This document shows, piece by piece, positions 1 to 12,735 of a stretch of DNA of 64,000 nt. This DNA is from Eledone cirrhosa (taxonomy: Eukaryota). The position numbers and the translations under genes were made by a program. The DNA lies in assembly GCA_964016885.1 (NCBI GenBank), contig OZ024743.1, forward strand, positions 367,412,001 through 367,476,000, read 5' to 3'. How positions within the stretch are numbered: position 1 is the stretch's first letter; each line of letters starts with the position of its first letter. A model generated the notes under the pieces. The model ran no database searches, was not told the origin of the DNA, and saw only the letters and a program-made list of their open reading frames with translations.

Positions 1-419
1 ATTCAAAAGTAAAAGCCATATTTAAAATACAAATTATATTAAATGAAAAACAAATCAGGAGGTATGTGCTAAGTTTTAGCAGCTAAAATATTGCTCAAAT
101 GGTTTCACAATATTGTGAAAGAACAAAGATTGGCAAAATCCCTGGAACTAGTTTTAAAGCATCAGTGCACACAAGCTAACCTGGTTTAATCGAGCAGCCT
201 CTAAATTGTCACTGGAACTTTTCTGTAAAACAAAAGCAATTAAATATAGGGTCTCCATCAAGCCTTTAGGCGAACAAAAGAGAGATTATACTCTGAAAAT
301 AATAAAATATATGGCATTCATGAGTTCTTACAGAGCAGTAAATATAAGGGTCATATTTTAGTGTCATACTCTCGAGTTTCCGATGGGAAAATAAAACTTT
401 CATATTTTAAACCAAACAT

Positions 420-571
420 ACACACATATACATAGAGCAGCTTATATAAATATGTATATATTTGGGCACATCTATGCATTCATGTGCATATATATATATA
501 CATCTATACATGCATATACATATATACATGTCTGTGTATACCCACATACATTTACATATATATATATATAT
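420..571. repeat. (TA)n/(CA)n low-complexity microsatellite
   Basis: Imperfect atat/acac runs; the RTE element below inserted into this tract. Confidence 0.85.
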
Positions 572-681
572 ATCATCATCATCATCATCATCATCAGGTT
601 TAGCGTCCGTGTTCCACGCTTGCATGGGTTTGGACGGGGGGTTTTCCCACTTGAGGCAAGAGTGGTTGTCTTGCTCGCATA

Positions 682-913
682 GGACTGTCTGGCGGGTTTT
701 CTACAGTTGGATGCCCTTCCTAACACCAACCACATTTACAGTGTGGGGCTGGGAGGTTTTTACCGTGTTGCCTACACGGCCACATTACAGCGTGGACTGT
801 CTGGCGGGTTTTCTACAGCTGGATGCCCTTCCTAACACCAACCACATTTACAGTGTGGGGCTGGGAGGTTTTTACCGTGTTGCCTACACGGCCACATTTA
901 CAGCGTGGACTGT
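682..913. repeat. ~112-bp tandem duplication in the RTE 3' UTR
   Basis: ggactgt recurs at 682, 794 and 907; the two units are nearly identical. Confidence 0.95.
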
Positions 914-1034
914 GTGTTTTTTTGTCGTGACACCTACACGATCTCATTTGTTTCGGCCTGGATGTTGTGGGACCAACATAACTTTACATTGAAAGGGGCG
1001 GTGTAGGTGGGGTGGAGTTGGTGGGACTTTGTAT

Positions 1035-2024
1035 TTAGGTAAGGCGGGTCTTCTCTATTACTGAGTACCGCCAAAGGTCTCGGTCCAGTGACATTGTCTT
1101 GGAGAGGTGTAAGCGTGTGAGGTCGGAATTTATCAGCTCGTCCCATGTTTTTCTGGGTCTGCCTACTCCGTGGCTATCGTCTATCTTTATTGCCCTGCAC
1201 TTTGTTATACAGCTGTCGTCTTTCATGCGCATCACGTGACCGTACCAACGTAGCCTTCTCTCGAGTAAACAACATCTGATCCCTCTTATTTCTAATTTTT
1301 TCCTTAGTTCGTTTATGCTTTGCCGTTCACGTATATTACTATTGCACATCCAGCGGAGCATGCAAGCTTCGTTCCTCTCTAGTCTGCGTATATCCTCTGC
1401 ACACAATGCCCAGGTCTCACTGCCATGCAGCATTGCTGTTCGTATGCAGGCATCGTATAACCTGCCTTTCATTTTTAGGGAGAACCCTCTAGCGGCTAAT
1501 AGTGGTATAAGCTCTCTGAACTTTTTCCATCCAGTTCTGACTCTAGCTACTGTACTTTCAGAGCACCCTCCCCCACTGCTGATTTTGTCACCCAGATAAC
1601 GGAAGCTGTCCACTATTTCTATAGAACCCTCTGCGCAGTTGAAGGAGCTAGTATTTTGTGGGCACTTGCTGCTACTTATTGCACCAGAGCACCGGCCACA
1701 TGTAAAATCTATGTTCTTAGTTAGCTTACCTGTGATCCCACTACATCTTTTATGCACCCATACTTTGCATTTGGGACATAAAATGGAGTTTCTACCTATG
1801 CCTTTCCTACACACTGAGCATGGCCATTTCCCAGATGGGACCGCCGCCTTATTTTCTTTCCTACAAACTAGAACTTTAGTCTTAGCCAGGTTAATTTTAA
1901 GGCCTTTTGATTCTAGGCCGTGCTTCCATGTTTGGAATTTCTTCTCTAGTTCGGTCATTGATTCAGCTATGAGCGTTAGATCATCTGCGTATAGGAGTTC
2001 CCATGGGCAGCCGGTCTTGAACTC
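1035..2024 (-). CDS. RTE reverse transcriptase, C-terminal half, with inserted C4HC3 (PHD-type) finger; open but 5'-truncated
   Basis: WELLYADDL, KINLAKTKVL, VDSFRYLG, YDACIRTAMLHGSETW, RRLRWYGHVMR, GRPRKTW and DRDLWR are typical RTE motifs. The track's N-terminal part (2025-2153) is flanking DNA. Confidence 0.85.
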   Translation of the reverse strand, partial: EFKTGCPWELLYADDLTLIAESMTELEKKFQTWKHGLESKGLKINLAKTKVLVCRKENKAAVPSGKWPCSVCRKGIGRNSILCPKCKVWVHKRCSGITGKLTKNIDFTCGRCSGAISSSKCPQNTSSFNCAEGSIEIVDSFRYLGDKISSGGGCSESTVARVRTGWKKFRELIPLLAARGFSLKMKGRLYDACIRTAMLHGSETWALCAEDIRRLERNEACMLRWMCNSNIRERQSINELRKKLEIRGIRCCLLERRLRWYGHVMRMKDDSCITKCRAIKIDDSHGVGRPRKTWDELINSDLTRLHLSKTMSLDRDLWRYSVIEKTRLT

Positions 2025-2244
2025 ATATATATATATGCTTGTTCTAGTTTCCACTATATACTTGCAGCCGTGTTGGCACATCAATATTAGAAACAATGCT
2101 TTAGGTGAAGAAAAATCAATATATTGATATGTATGTATGATGATGAGATTCAACTAAGGTGATATTGTGTTTCTTCCTTACAGAGAAAAATATAAAGTTA
2201 ACATTTAAGAAATCTTACAATATCCTTCTATAGAAGTTTTTTTT

Positions 2245-5200
2245 TATGTAGAAGTTTAGTATGTAGAATGTTAGTATGTAGAAAGTTAGTATGTAGAATG
2301 TTAGTATGTAGATAGTATGTAGAAAGATAGTATGTAGAAAGATAGTATGTAGAATGTTAGTATGTAGAAAGTTAGTATGTAGAAAGTTAGTATGTAGAAA
2401 GTTAGTATGTAGAAAGATAGTATGTAGAAAGTTAGTATGTAGAAAGATAGTTGGTAGAAAAATAGTATGTAGAAAGTTAGTATATAGAAAGTTAGTATGT
2501 AGAATGTTAGTATGTAGAAAGATAGTATGTAGAAAGATAGTATGTAGAATGTTAGTATGTAGAATGTTAGTATGTAGAAAGTTAGTATGTAGAAAGTTAG
2601 TATGTAGAAAGATAGTATGTAGAAAGTTAGTATGTAGAAAGATAGTATGTAGAAAGTTAGTATGTAGAAAGATAGTATGTAGAATGTTAGTATGTAGAAA
2701 GATAGTATGTAGAATGTTAGTATGTAGAAAGATAGTATGTAGAAAGATAGTATGTAGAATGTTAGTATGTAGAATGTTAGTATGTAGAAAGTTAGTATGT
2801 AGAAAGTTAGTATGTAGAAAGTTAGTATGTAGAAAGATAGTATGTAGAAAGTTAGTATGTAGAATGTTAGTATGTAGAATGTTAGTATGTAGAAAGTTAG
2901 TATGTAGAAAGATAGTATGTAGAAAGTTAGTATGTAGAAAGTTAGTATGTAGAAAGATAGTATGTAGAAAGTTAGTATGTAGAAAGTTAGTATGTAGAAA
3001 GATAGTATGTAGAAAGTTAGTATGTAGAAAGATAGTATGTAGAAAGTTAGTATGTAGAAAGTTAGTATGTAGAATGTTAGTATGTAGAATGTTAGTATGT
3101 AGAAAGTTAGTATGTAGAAAGTTAGTATGTAGAAAGTTAGTATGTAGAAAGATAGTATGTAGAAAGTTAGTATGTAGAATGTTAGTATGTAGAAAGTTAG
3201 TATGTAGAAAGTTAGTATGTAGAAAGATAGTATGTAGAAAGATAGTATGTAGAATGTTAGTATGTAGAAAGTTAGTATGTAGAAAGATAGTATGTAGAAA
3301 GTTAGTATGTAGAATGTTAGTATGTAGAAAGATAGTATGTAGAAAGTTAGTATGTAGAAAGTTAGTGTGTAGAAAGATAGTATGTAGAAAGATAGTATGT
3401 AGAATGTTAGTATGTAATAAGTTAGTATGTAGAAAGTTAGTATGTAGAAAGATAGTATGTAGAAAGATAGTATGTAGAAAGTTAGTATGTAGAAAGATAG
3501 TATGTAGAAAGTTAGTATGTAGAAAGATAGTATGTAGAAAGTTAGTATGTAGAAAGATAGTATGTAGAAAGTTAGTATGTAGAAAGATAGTATGTAGAAA
3601 GTTAGTATGTAGAAAGTTAGTATGTAGAAAGTTAGTATGTAGAAAGATAGTATGTAGAAAGTTAGTATGTAGAAAGTTAGTATGTAGAAAGTTAGTATGT
3701 AGAAAGATAGTATGTAGAAAGTTAGTATGTAGAAAGATAGTATGTAGAAAGTTAGTATGTAGAAAGATAGTATGTAGAAAGTTAGTATGTAGAAAGTTAG
3801 TATGTAGAAAGTTAGTATGTAGAAAGATAGTATGTAGAAATATAGTATGTAGAAAGATAGTTGGTAGAAAAATAGTATGTAGAAAGTTTGTATATAGAAA
3901 GTTAGTATGTAGAAAGTTAGTACGTAGAAAGTTAGTATGTAGAAAGTTCCTATGTAATAAGTTAGTATGTAGAAAGATAGTATGTAGAAAGTTAGTATGT
4001 AATAAGTTAGTATGTAGAAAGATAGTATGTAGAAAGATAGTATGTAGAAAGATAGTATGTAGAAAGTTAGTATGTAGAAAGTTAGTATGTAGAAAGATAG
4101 TATGTAGAAAGATAGTATGTAGAAAGTTAGTATGTAATAAGTTAGTATGTAGAAAGATAGTATGTAGAAAGTTAGTATGTAGAAAGTTAGTATGTAGAAA
4201 GATAGTTGGTAGAAAAATAGTATGTAGAAAGTTAGTATATAGAAAGTTAGTATGTAGAATGTTAGTATGTAGAAAGTTAGTATGTAGAAAGTTCCTATGT
4301 AATAAGTTAGTATGTAGAAAGTTAGTATGTAGAAAGTTAGTATGTAGAAAGTTCCTATGTAATAAGTTAGTATGTAGAAAGATAGTATGTAATAAGTTAG
4401 TATGTAGAAAGATATTATGTAATAAGTTAGTATGTAGAAAGTTAGTATGTAGGAATATAGTATGTAGAAAGAAAGTATGTAGAAAGATAGTATGTAGAAA
4501 GTTAGTATGTAATAAGTTAGTATGTAGAAAGATAGTATGTAATAAGTTAGTATGTAGAAAGTTAGTATGTAGAAAGTTAGTATGTAGAAAGTTAGTATGT
4601 AGAATGTTAGTATGTAGAATGTTAGTATGTAGAAAGTTAGTATGTAGAAAGTTAGTATGTAGAAAGTTAGTATGTAGAAAGATAGTATGTAGAAAGATAG
4701 TATGTAATAAGTTAGTATGTAGAAAGTTAGTATGTAGAAAGTTAGTATGTAGAAAGATAGTATGTAGAAAGTTAGTATGTAGAAAGTTAGTATGTAGAAT
4801 GTTAGTATGTAGAATGTTAGGATGTAGAAAGTTAGTATGTAGAAAGTTAGTATGTAGAAAGTTAGTATGTAGAAAGTTAGTATGTAGAATGTTAGTATGT
4901 AGAAAGATAGTATATAGAAAGATAGTATGTAGTAGTTTAGTATGTAGAATGTTAGTATGTAGAAAGTTAGTATGTAGAATGTTAGTATGTAGAAAGTTAG
5001 TATGTAGAAAGATAGTATGTAATAAGTTAGTATGTAGAAAGTTAGTATGTAGAAAGTTAGTATGTAGAAAGTTAGTATGTAGAATGTTAGTATGTAGAAA
5101 GTTAGTATGTAGAAAGATAGTATGTAATAAGTTAGTATGTAGAAAGTTAGTATGTAGAAAGTTAGTATGTAGAAAGTTAGTATGTAGAAAGATAGTATGT

Positions 5201-8200
5201 AGAAAGTTAGTATGTAGAATGTTAGTATGTAGAAAGTTAGTATGTAGAAAGATAGTATGTAATAAGTTAGTATGTAGAAAGTTAGTATGTAGAAAGTTAG
5301 TATGTAGAAAGATAGTATATAGAAAGATAGTATGTAGAAGTTTAGTATGTAGAAAGTTAGTATGTAGAAAGATAGTATGTAGAAGTTTAGTATGTAGGAA
5401 GTTAGTATGTAGAAAGATAGTATGTAGAAGTTTAGTATGTAGAAAGTTAGTATGTAGAAAGTTAGTATGTAGAAAGATAGTATGTAGAAAGTTAGTATGT
5501 AGAAAGATAGTGTGTAGAAAGTTAGTATGTAGAAAGTTAGTATGTAGAAAGTTAGTATGTAGAAAGATAGTATGTAATAAGTTAGTATGTAGAATGTTAG
5601 TATGTAGAAAGTTAGTATGTAGAAAGTTAGTATGTAGAAAGATAGTATGTAGAAAGATAGTGTGTAGAAAGTTAGTATGTAGAAAGTTAGTATGTAGAAA
5701 GTTAGTATGTAGAAAGATAGTATGTAGAATGTTAGAATGTAGAAATATAGTATGTAGAAAGATAGTATGTAATAAGTTAGTATGTAGAAAGTTAGTATGT
5801 AGAAAGATAGTATGTAGAAACTTAGTATGTATAAAGATAGTATGTAGAAAGATAGTATGTAGAAAGTTAGTATGTAGAAAGATAGTATGTAGAAAGATAG
5901 TATGTAGAATGTTAGTATGTAGAAAGTTAGTATGTATAAAGTTAGTATGTAGAAAGTTAGTATGTAGAATGATAGTATGTAGAAAGTTAGTATGTAGAAA
6001 GTTAGTGTGTAGAAAGATAGTATGTAGAAAGATAGTATGTAATAAGATAGTATGTAGAAAGATAGTATGTAATAAGTTAGTATGTAGAAAGTTAGTATGT
6101 AGAAACATAGTATGCAGAAAGATAGCATGTAGAAATATAGTATATAGAAAGATAGCATGTAATAAGTTAGTATGTAGAAAGATAGTATGTAGAAAGATAG
6201 TATGTAATAAGTTAGTATGTAGAAAGATAGTATGTAAAAAGTTAGTATGTAGAATGTTAGTATGTAGAAAGTTAGTATGTAGAAAGTTAGTATGTAGAAA
6301 GTTAGTATGTAGAAAGATAGTATGTAGAAAGTTAGTATGTAGAATGTTAGTATGTAGAAAGTTAGTATGTAGAAAGTTAGTATGTAGAAAGTTAGTATGT
6401 AGAAAGTTAGTATGTAGAAAGTTAGTATGTAGAAAGTTAGTATGTAGAACGTTAGTATGTAGAATGTTAGTATGTAGAATGTTAGAATGTAGAAAGTTAG
6501 TATGTAGAAAGATAGTATGTAGAAATTTAGTATGTAGAAAGTTAGTATGTAGAAAGTTAGTATGTAGAAAGATAGTATGTAGAAAGTTAGTATGTAGAAA
6601 GATAGTATGTAGAAAGTTAGTATGTAGAATGTTAGTATGTAGAAAGTTAGTATGTAGAAAGATAGTATGTAGAAAGTTAGTATGTAGAAAGATAGTATGT
6701 AGAAAGTTAGTATGTAGAATGTTAGTATGTAGAAAGTTAGTATGTAGAAAGATAGTATGTAATAAGTTAGTATGTAGAAAGTTAGTATGTAGAAAGTTAG
6801 TATGTAGAAAGATAGTATGTAGAAAGTTAGTATGTAGAAAGATAGTATGTAGAAAGTTAGTATGTAGAAAGATAGTATGTAGAAAGTTAGTATGTAGAAT
6901 GTTAGTATGTAGAAAGTTAGTATGTAGAAAGATAGTATGTAATAAGTTAGTATGTAGAAAGTTAGTATGTAGAAAGTTAGTATGTAGAAAGATAGTATGT
7001 AGAAAGTTAGTATGTAGAAAGTTAGTATGTAGAAAGATAGTATGTAGAAAGTTAGTATGTAGAAAGTTAGTATGTAGAAAGATAGTATGTAGAAAGATAG
7101 TATGTAGAAAGTTAGTATGTAGAAAGTTAGTATGTAGAAAGATAGTATGTAGAAAGTTAGTATGTAGAAAGTTAGTATGTAGAAAGATAGTATGTAGAAA
7201 GTTAGTATGTAGAATGTTAGTATGTAGAAAGTTAGTATGTAGAAAGATAGTATGTAATAAGTTAGTATGTAGAAAGTTAGTATGTAGAAAGTTAGTATGT
7301 AGAAGTTTAGTATGTAGAATGTTAGTATGTAGAAAGTTAGTATGTAGAAAGTTAGTATGTAGAAAGTTAGTATGTAGAATGTTAGTATGTAGAAAGATAG
7401 TATGTAGAAAGTTAGTATGTAGAAAGATAGTATGTAGAAAGATAGTATGTAGAAGTTTAGTATGTAGAATGTTAGTATGTAGAAAGTTAGTATGTAGAAA
7501 GTTAGTATGTAGAAAGTTAGTATGTAGAAAGATAGTATGTAGAAAGATAGTATGTAGAAAGATAGTATGTAGAAAGTTAGTATGTAGAAAGATAGTATGT
7601 AGAAGTTTAGTATGTAGAAAGTTAGTATGTAGAAAGATAGTATGTAGAAGTTTAGTATGTAGAATGTTAGTATGTAGAAAGTTAGTATGTAGAAAGTTAG
7701 TATGTAGAAAGTTAGTATGTAGAATGTTAGTATGTAGAAAGATAGTATGTAGAAAGTTAGTATGTAGAAAGTTAGTATGTAGAAAGTTAGTATGTAGAAA
7801 GATAGTATGTAGAAAGATAGTATGTAGAAAGTTAGTATGTAGAAAGTTAGTATGTAGAAAGATAGTATGTAGAAAGATAGTATGTAGAAAGTTAGTATGT
7901 AGAAAGTTAGTATGTAGAAAGATAGTATGTAGAAAGTTAGTATGTAGAATGTTAGTATGTAGAAAGTTAGTATGTAGAAAGATAGTATGTAGAAAGATAG
8001 TATGTAGAAAGTTAGTATGTAGAATGTTAGTATGTAGAAAGTTAGTATGTAGAAAGATAGTATGTAGAAAGATAGTATGTAGAAAGTTAGTATGTAGAAA
8101 GATAGTATGTAGAAAGTTAGTATGTAGAAATATAGTATGTAGAAAGATAGTTGGTAGAAAAATAGTATGTAGAAAGTTTGTATATAGAAAGTTAGTATGT

Positions 8201-10475
8201 AGAAAGTTAGTACCTAGAAAGTTAGTATGTAGAAAGTTCCTATGTAATAAGTTAGTATGTAGAAAGATAGTATGTAATAAGTTAGTATGTAGAAAGATAG
8301 TATGTAGAAAGTTAGTATGTAGAAAGTTAGTATGTAGAAAGATAGTTGGTAGAAAAATAGTATGTAGAAAGTTAGTATATAGAAAGTTAGTATGTAGAAA
8401 TTTAGTATGTAGAAAGTTAGTATGTAGAAAGTTCCTATGTAATAAGTTAGTATGTAGAAAGTTAGTATGTAGAAAGTTAGTATGTAGAAAGTTCCTATGT
8501 AATAAGTTAGTATGTAGAAAGATAGTATGTAATAAGTTAGTATGTAGAAAGATATTACGTAATAAGTTAGTATGTAGAAAGTTAGTATGTAGGAATATAG
8601 TATGTAGAAAGAAAGTATGTAGAAAGATAGTATGTAGAAAGTTAGTATGTAATAAGTTAGTATGTAGAAAGATAGTATGTAATAAGTTAGTATGTAGAAA
8701 GTTAGTATGTAGAAAGTTAGTATGTAGAAAGTTAGTATGTAGAAAGATAGTATGTAGAAAGATAGTATGTAGAAAGATAGTATGTAGAAAGATAGTATGT
8801 AGAAAGATAGTATGTAGAAAGATAGTATGTAGAAAGATAGTATGTAGAAAGTTAGTATGTAGAAAGTTAGTATGTAGAAAGTTAGTACGTAGAAAGTTAG
8901 TATGTAGAAAGATATTATGTAGAAAGATATGTAATAAGTTAGTATGTAGAAAGATAGTATGTAGAAAGATAGTATGTAGAAAGATATTATGTAATAAGTT
9001 AGTATGTAGAAAGATAGTATGTATAAAGATAGTATGTAGAAAGTCAGTATGTAGAAAGTTCCTATGTAATAAGTTAGTATGTAGAAAGTTAGTATGTAGA
9101 AAGTTCCTATGTAATAAGTTACTATGTAGAAAGATAGTATGTAGAAAGTTAGTATGTTGAAAGATAGTATGTAGAAAGATAGTATGTAGAAAGTTAGTAT
9201 GTAGAAAGATAGTATGTAGAATGTTAGTATGTAGAAAGTTAGTATGTAGAAAGTTCCTATGTAATAAGTTACTATGTAGAAAGATAGTATGTAGAAAGAT
9301 AGTATGTAGGAAGATAGTATGTAGAATGTTAGTATGTAGAAAGATAGTATGTAGAAAGTTAGTATGTAGAAAGTTCCTATGTAATAAGTTACTATGTAGA
9401 AAGATAGTATATAGAAAGATAGTATGTAGAAAGATAATATGTAGAAAGTTAGTATGTAGAAAGATAGTATGTAGAAAGTTAGTATGTAGAAAGATAGTAT
9501 GTAGAAAGATAGTATGTAGAAAGTTAGTATGTAGAAAGTTAGTATGTAGAATGTTAGTATGTAGAAAGATAGTATGTAGAAAGTTAGTATGTAGAATGTT
9601 AGTATGTAGAAAGTTAGTATGTAGAAAGATAGTATATAGAAAGATAGTATGTAGAAAGTTACTATGTAGAAAGTTCCTATGTAATAAGTTACTATGTAGA
9701 AAGATAGTATGTAGAAAGATAGTATGTAGAAAGTTAGTATGTAGAAAGATAGTATGTAGAAAGATAGTATGTAGAAAGATAGTATGTAGAAAGATAGTAT
9801 GTAGAAAAATAGTATGTAGAAAGTTAGTATGTAGAAAGATAGTATGTAGAATGTTAGTATGTAGAAAGTTACTATGTAGAAAGTTCCTATGTAATAAGTT
9901 ACTATGTAGAAAGATAGTATGTAGAAAGATAGTATGTAGAAAGTTAGTATGTAGAAAGATAGTATGTAGAAAGTTAGTATGTAGAAAGATACTATGTAGA
10001 AAGATAGTATGTAGAAAGATAGTATGTAGAATGTTAGTATGTAGAAAGTTAGTATGTAGAAAGATAGTATGTAGAATGTTAGTATGTAGAAAGTTACTAT
10101 GTAGAAAGTTAGTATGTAGAAAGATAGTATGTAGAAAGATAGTATGTAGAAAGATAGTATGTAGTAAGTTAGTATGTAGAAAGATAGTATGTAGAAAGAT
10201 AGTATGTAGAAAGTTAGTATGTAGAAAGATAGTATGTAGAAAGATAGTATGTAGAAAGATAGTATGTAGAAAGATAGTATGTAGAAAGTTAGTATGTAGA
10301 AAGATAGTATGTAGAAAGTTAGTATGTAGAAAGTTAGTATGTAGAAAGATAATATGTAGAAAGTTAGTATGTAGAAAGATAGTATGTAGAAAGTTAGTAT
10401 GTAGAAAGAGTATATGTCATAAGTTAGTAAGTAGAAAGTTAGTATGTAGAAATATAGTATGTAATAAGTTAGTAT
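2245..10475. repeat. 15-bp satellite, consensus G[T/A]TAGTATGTAGAAA, ~550 units
   Basis: Directly visible 15-bp period with recurrent point variants (AAT, TAA, TCC, TTGG). Confidence 0.99.
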
Positions 10476-10790
10476 AATAATGAAATTATTGTGTACAGTG
10501 CTCAGGTGCACTACAACTCATCAAAGGTGCATGTATAGTACATAGAATAATGTACAAATGTCAGGAAAATGAACAGTGTATGAGTCATTATATAATAATA
10601 ATAACAATAATGAAATATTGTGTACAGTGCCCAGGTGCACCACAACTCATAAAAAAAAAGTGCATGTACAGTACATAGGGCAATGCACAAACATCAGTAA
10701 AATGAACAGTGCACGAGTCATGATACACACATGTGTGCATGTGTATGGAAGGGGTACATCAGGTGTAGTTTTGGCGTATTTCGGGAATAC
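10476..10790 (-). mobile_element. LINE 3' end (probably CR1/L2 group) with a duplicated 3' terminus, inserted in the satellite
   Basis: Minus strand reads IPEIRQNYT* and then two ~120-bp copies ending ...gcactgtacacaat(a)atttcattatt with (ATT)n tails (~10476-10590 and ~10606-10722). Confidence 0.6.
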
Positions 10791-11033
10791 GTATGTAGAA
10801 AGATAGTATGTAGAAAGATAGTATTTAGAAAGATAGTATGTAGAAAGTTAGTATGTAGAAAGATAGTATGTAATACGTTAGTATGTAGAAAGATAGTATG
10901 TAATACGTTAGTATGTAGAAAGATAGTATTAGAAAGATAGTATGTAGAAAGTTAGTATGTAGAAGTTCAGTATGAAGTAAGTTTGTATGTAGAAGGTTTG
11001 TATGACGTAAGTTTGTATGTAGAAATTTAGTAT
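10791..11033. repeat. Degenerate continuation of the 15-bp satellite
   Basis: Same unit resumes after the insertion, increasingly diverged. Confidence 0.9.
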
Positions 11034-11124
11034 TAATGTCAGTGAACTTTATGATTCTTTTGTCTCCTCTTTTTAAAAAATCTACTTCCCAAAAGAAATG
11101 ATAAACCTAATATTAATTAATGAT

Positions 11125-11290
11125 TCTAATTTAGGCAAGGGGGTCAACAATTTGTTGGGTGGGAAAGTTGATTATATTGGCCCCAGTACTTTATTTTATT
11201 TTATTGACCTCAGTGGGATTTGAACTCAGCATGTAATGAGCTCTAATTAAATACTGCAAAGCATTTTGTCAATCTATCACTCTGTCACCT
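11125..11290 (-). mobile_element. Old degenerate tRNA-derived SINE
   Basis: gggatttgaactcag (reverse B box) and similarity to the young SINE copies in this window. Confidence 0.6.
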
Positions 11291-11300
11291 AATATTAATT

Positions 11301-11480
11301 GATTGGCAGTATCGGTAGGGGGTCGGACGCCATGCTTTCCAGCATAGTTACGTCCCTTAACGATCTGAGTTCAAATCCCGCAGAGGTTGACTTTGCCTTT
11401 CATCCTTACAGGGTTGATAAAATAAAGTACCAGTAATGCACTGGGTAATTGCTGGCCTTGTGCCAAAAGTAGAAACAATT
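11301..11480 (+). mobile_element. tRNA-derived SINE (Meta/MESC-like central domain)
   Basis: A box tggcagtatcgg, B box gagttcaaatcc, core gcctttcatccttacagggttgataaaataaagtaccag, tail gtagaaacaatt; many near-identical copies in the window. Confidence 0.9.
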
Positions 11481-12231
11481 AATTAATAAAATACTATTTG
11501 CAATGTTGTCCATGGCCAATGAATATGTCCTTGCATGGAATGAGCTTAATGCAGAATAAACTGTTACAAATATTAGCCACCATACATAAAATGTATTCAA
11601 AACTGGCCTTGAGATATATTGGTAAAGCAGTTTGTAACAACTGAAGTCAAATATTTCCAGATTGATCTGATAGTTTTTCCTGGATTGGTTAGGGGAATAT
11701 AGTTTGGGATAATACCAGATTAATCCTGTTTCCATTCCTGACACTTGAGGAAAACCAAAGCAATATAGAGTAAAGAAAGACATCAGAGTGCTAACTGATG
11801 CCGCATGAGCAAATAGTCAATTGTATTAACCTTTTTGAACATCTTGTAAAACAACTATTACTGCGATCTCAAAATATAGAGATTATGAATATTTTTGGGA
11901 GAAGACATGAGAAATGATAAAGATGTTAACAAGAAATAAGAAATGTTGTTTAAACTGTAAAAATACCAAAAATGCAAAAAAACGAGGCATCAAAACAACC
12001 TTTGATTTCCTAACAAATGCCACATGCAGCCAAGTTTCATGTCTCAGTCAAAGCAATTTATTTCACTTATACTTTTGACACTAATGAGAAATGTATGAAG
12101 ATGACACAATCTCATTTCTCTTCCTCATAAATTTGTAGTCCTTTATTTAAATTAGAAATAAATGTTAATTTTAGACAAGACATGGTGTTTTCTCCTGTTT
12201 CTTCAGAAATGTAAGAGAAAACAAACAGGTT

Positions 12232-12368
12232 TACACACTCCACACACACACATATATATATATATATACAATTAGATATATATATATACATATATATATA
12301 TATACATATATATATACACACACACATATATATATATGTGTGTGTGTGCGTGTGTGTATGTATGTGTA
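12232..12368. repeat. (CA)n/(TA)n/(TG)n compound microsatellite
   Basis: Directly visible. Confidence 0.9.
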
Positions 12369-12544
12369 ACTGAAATGATATTCACATCTTGAAAGCTCAC
12401 AATAAAGAGCTGTCATTATGACACATATAACAAGAGAGAGATTATATCATGAGGTCAGACTGTCAAATAAAATGAAATGGAAGCAATGAAATAACTGAAT
12501 ATTTTGCAACATAGAAGCTAACTCATTTTTATATATTAGACATT

Positions 12545-12735
12545 AGGTCAAATTATGATGGATAGTAGTAGATTTAGGTAGATTAACCTCAGTATATCAC
12601 TGTTACTTATTTTATAAACTTTTACAAACAAAAAGTAAAAAAGGATTTTAACTTGGATCTAAGAAAAATGCAACTAAGCATTGTAAAACATTTGGTTTAC
12701 CATTTTCTACACTTCTGCCAACTCCACCAACCTAA
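12545..12735 (-). mobile_element. Highly degenerate copy of the same SINE family
   Basis: Loose match: cctcagtatatcactgttacttattttata...aaggattttaactt...cttctgccaactccacc. Confidence 0.35.

Larger units (their letters stand above)
572..2024 (-). mobile_element. 5'-truncated RTE-clade non-LTR retrotransposon
   Basis: Minus-strand RT C-terminal ORF, 3' UTR and (TGA)n tail at 572-596. The motif catatatatatat flanks both sides (~556-568 and 2024-2036), consistent with a TSD in (TA)n. Confidence 0.9.

Noticed and set aside
355-405. Possible hammerhead on the minus strand (gaaactcgagagta)
   Set aside because: No upstream CUGANGA core found.
407-735. Short YIYI/CVCV-rich ORFs (also ~12100-12420 and 59130-59510)
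   Set aside because: Translations of dinucleotide microsatellites.
2040-2200. Splice-like signals (cttgcag, gtatgt, ccttacag)
   Set aside because: The candidate exon has stops in all three frames; no support.
2215-10511. Huge ORFs (2268 aa LVCRK, 1297 aa TNFLH, 1285 aa LTFYI repeats)
   Set aside because: A 15-bp unit lacking stops in three frames gives these automatically. They are open on both strands, have no unique domain, and break at 9158.
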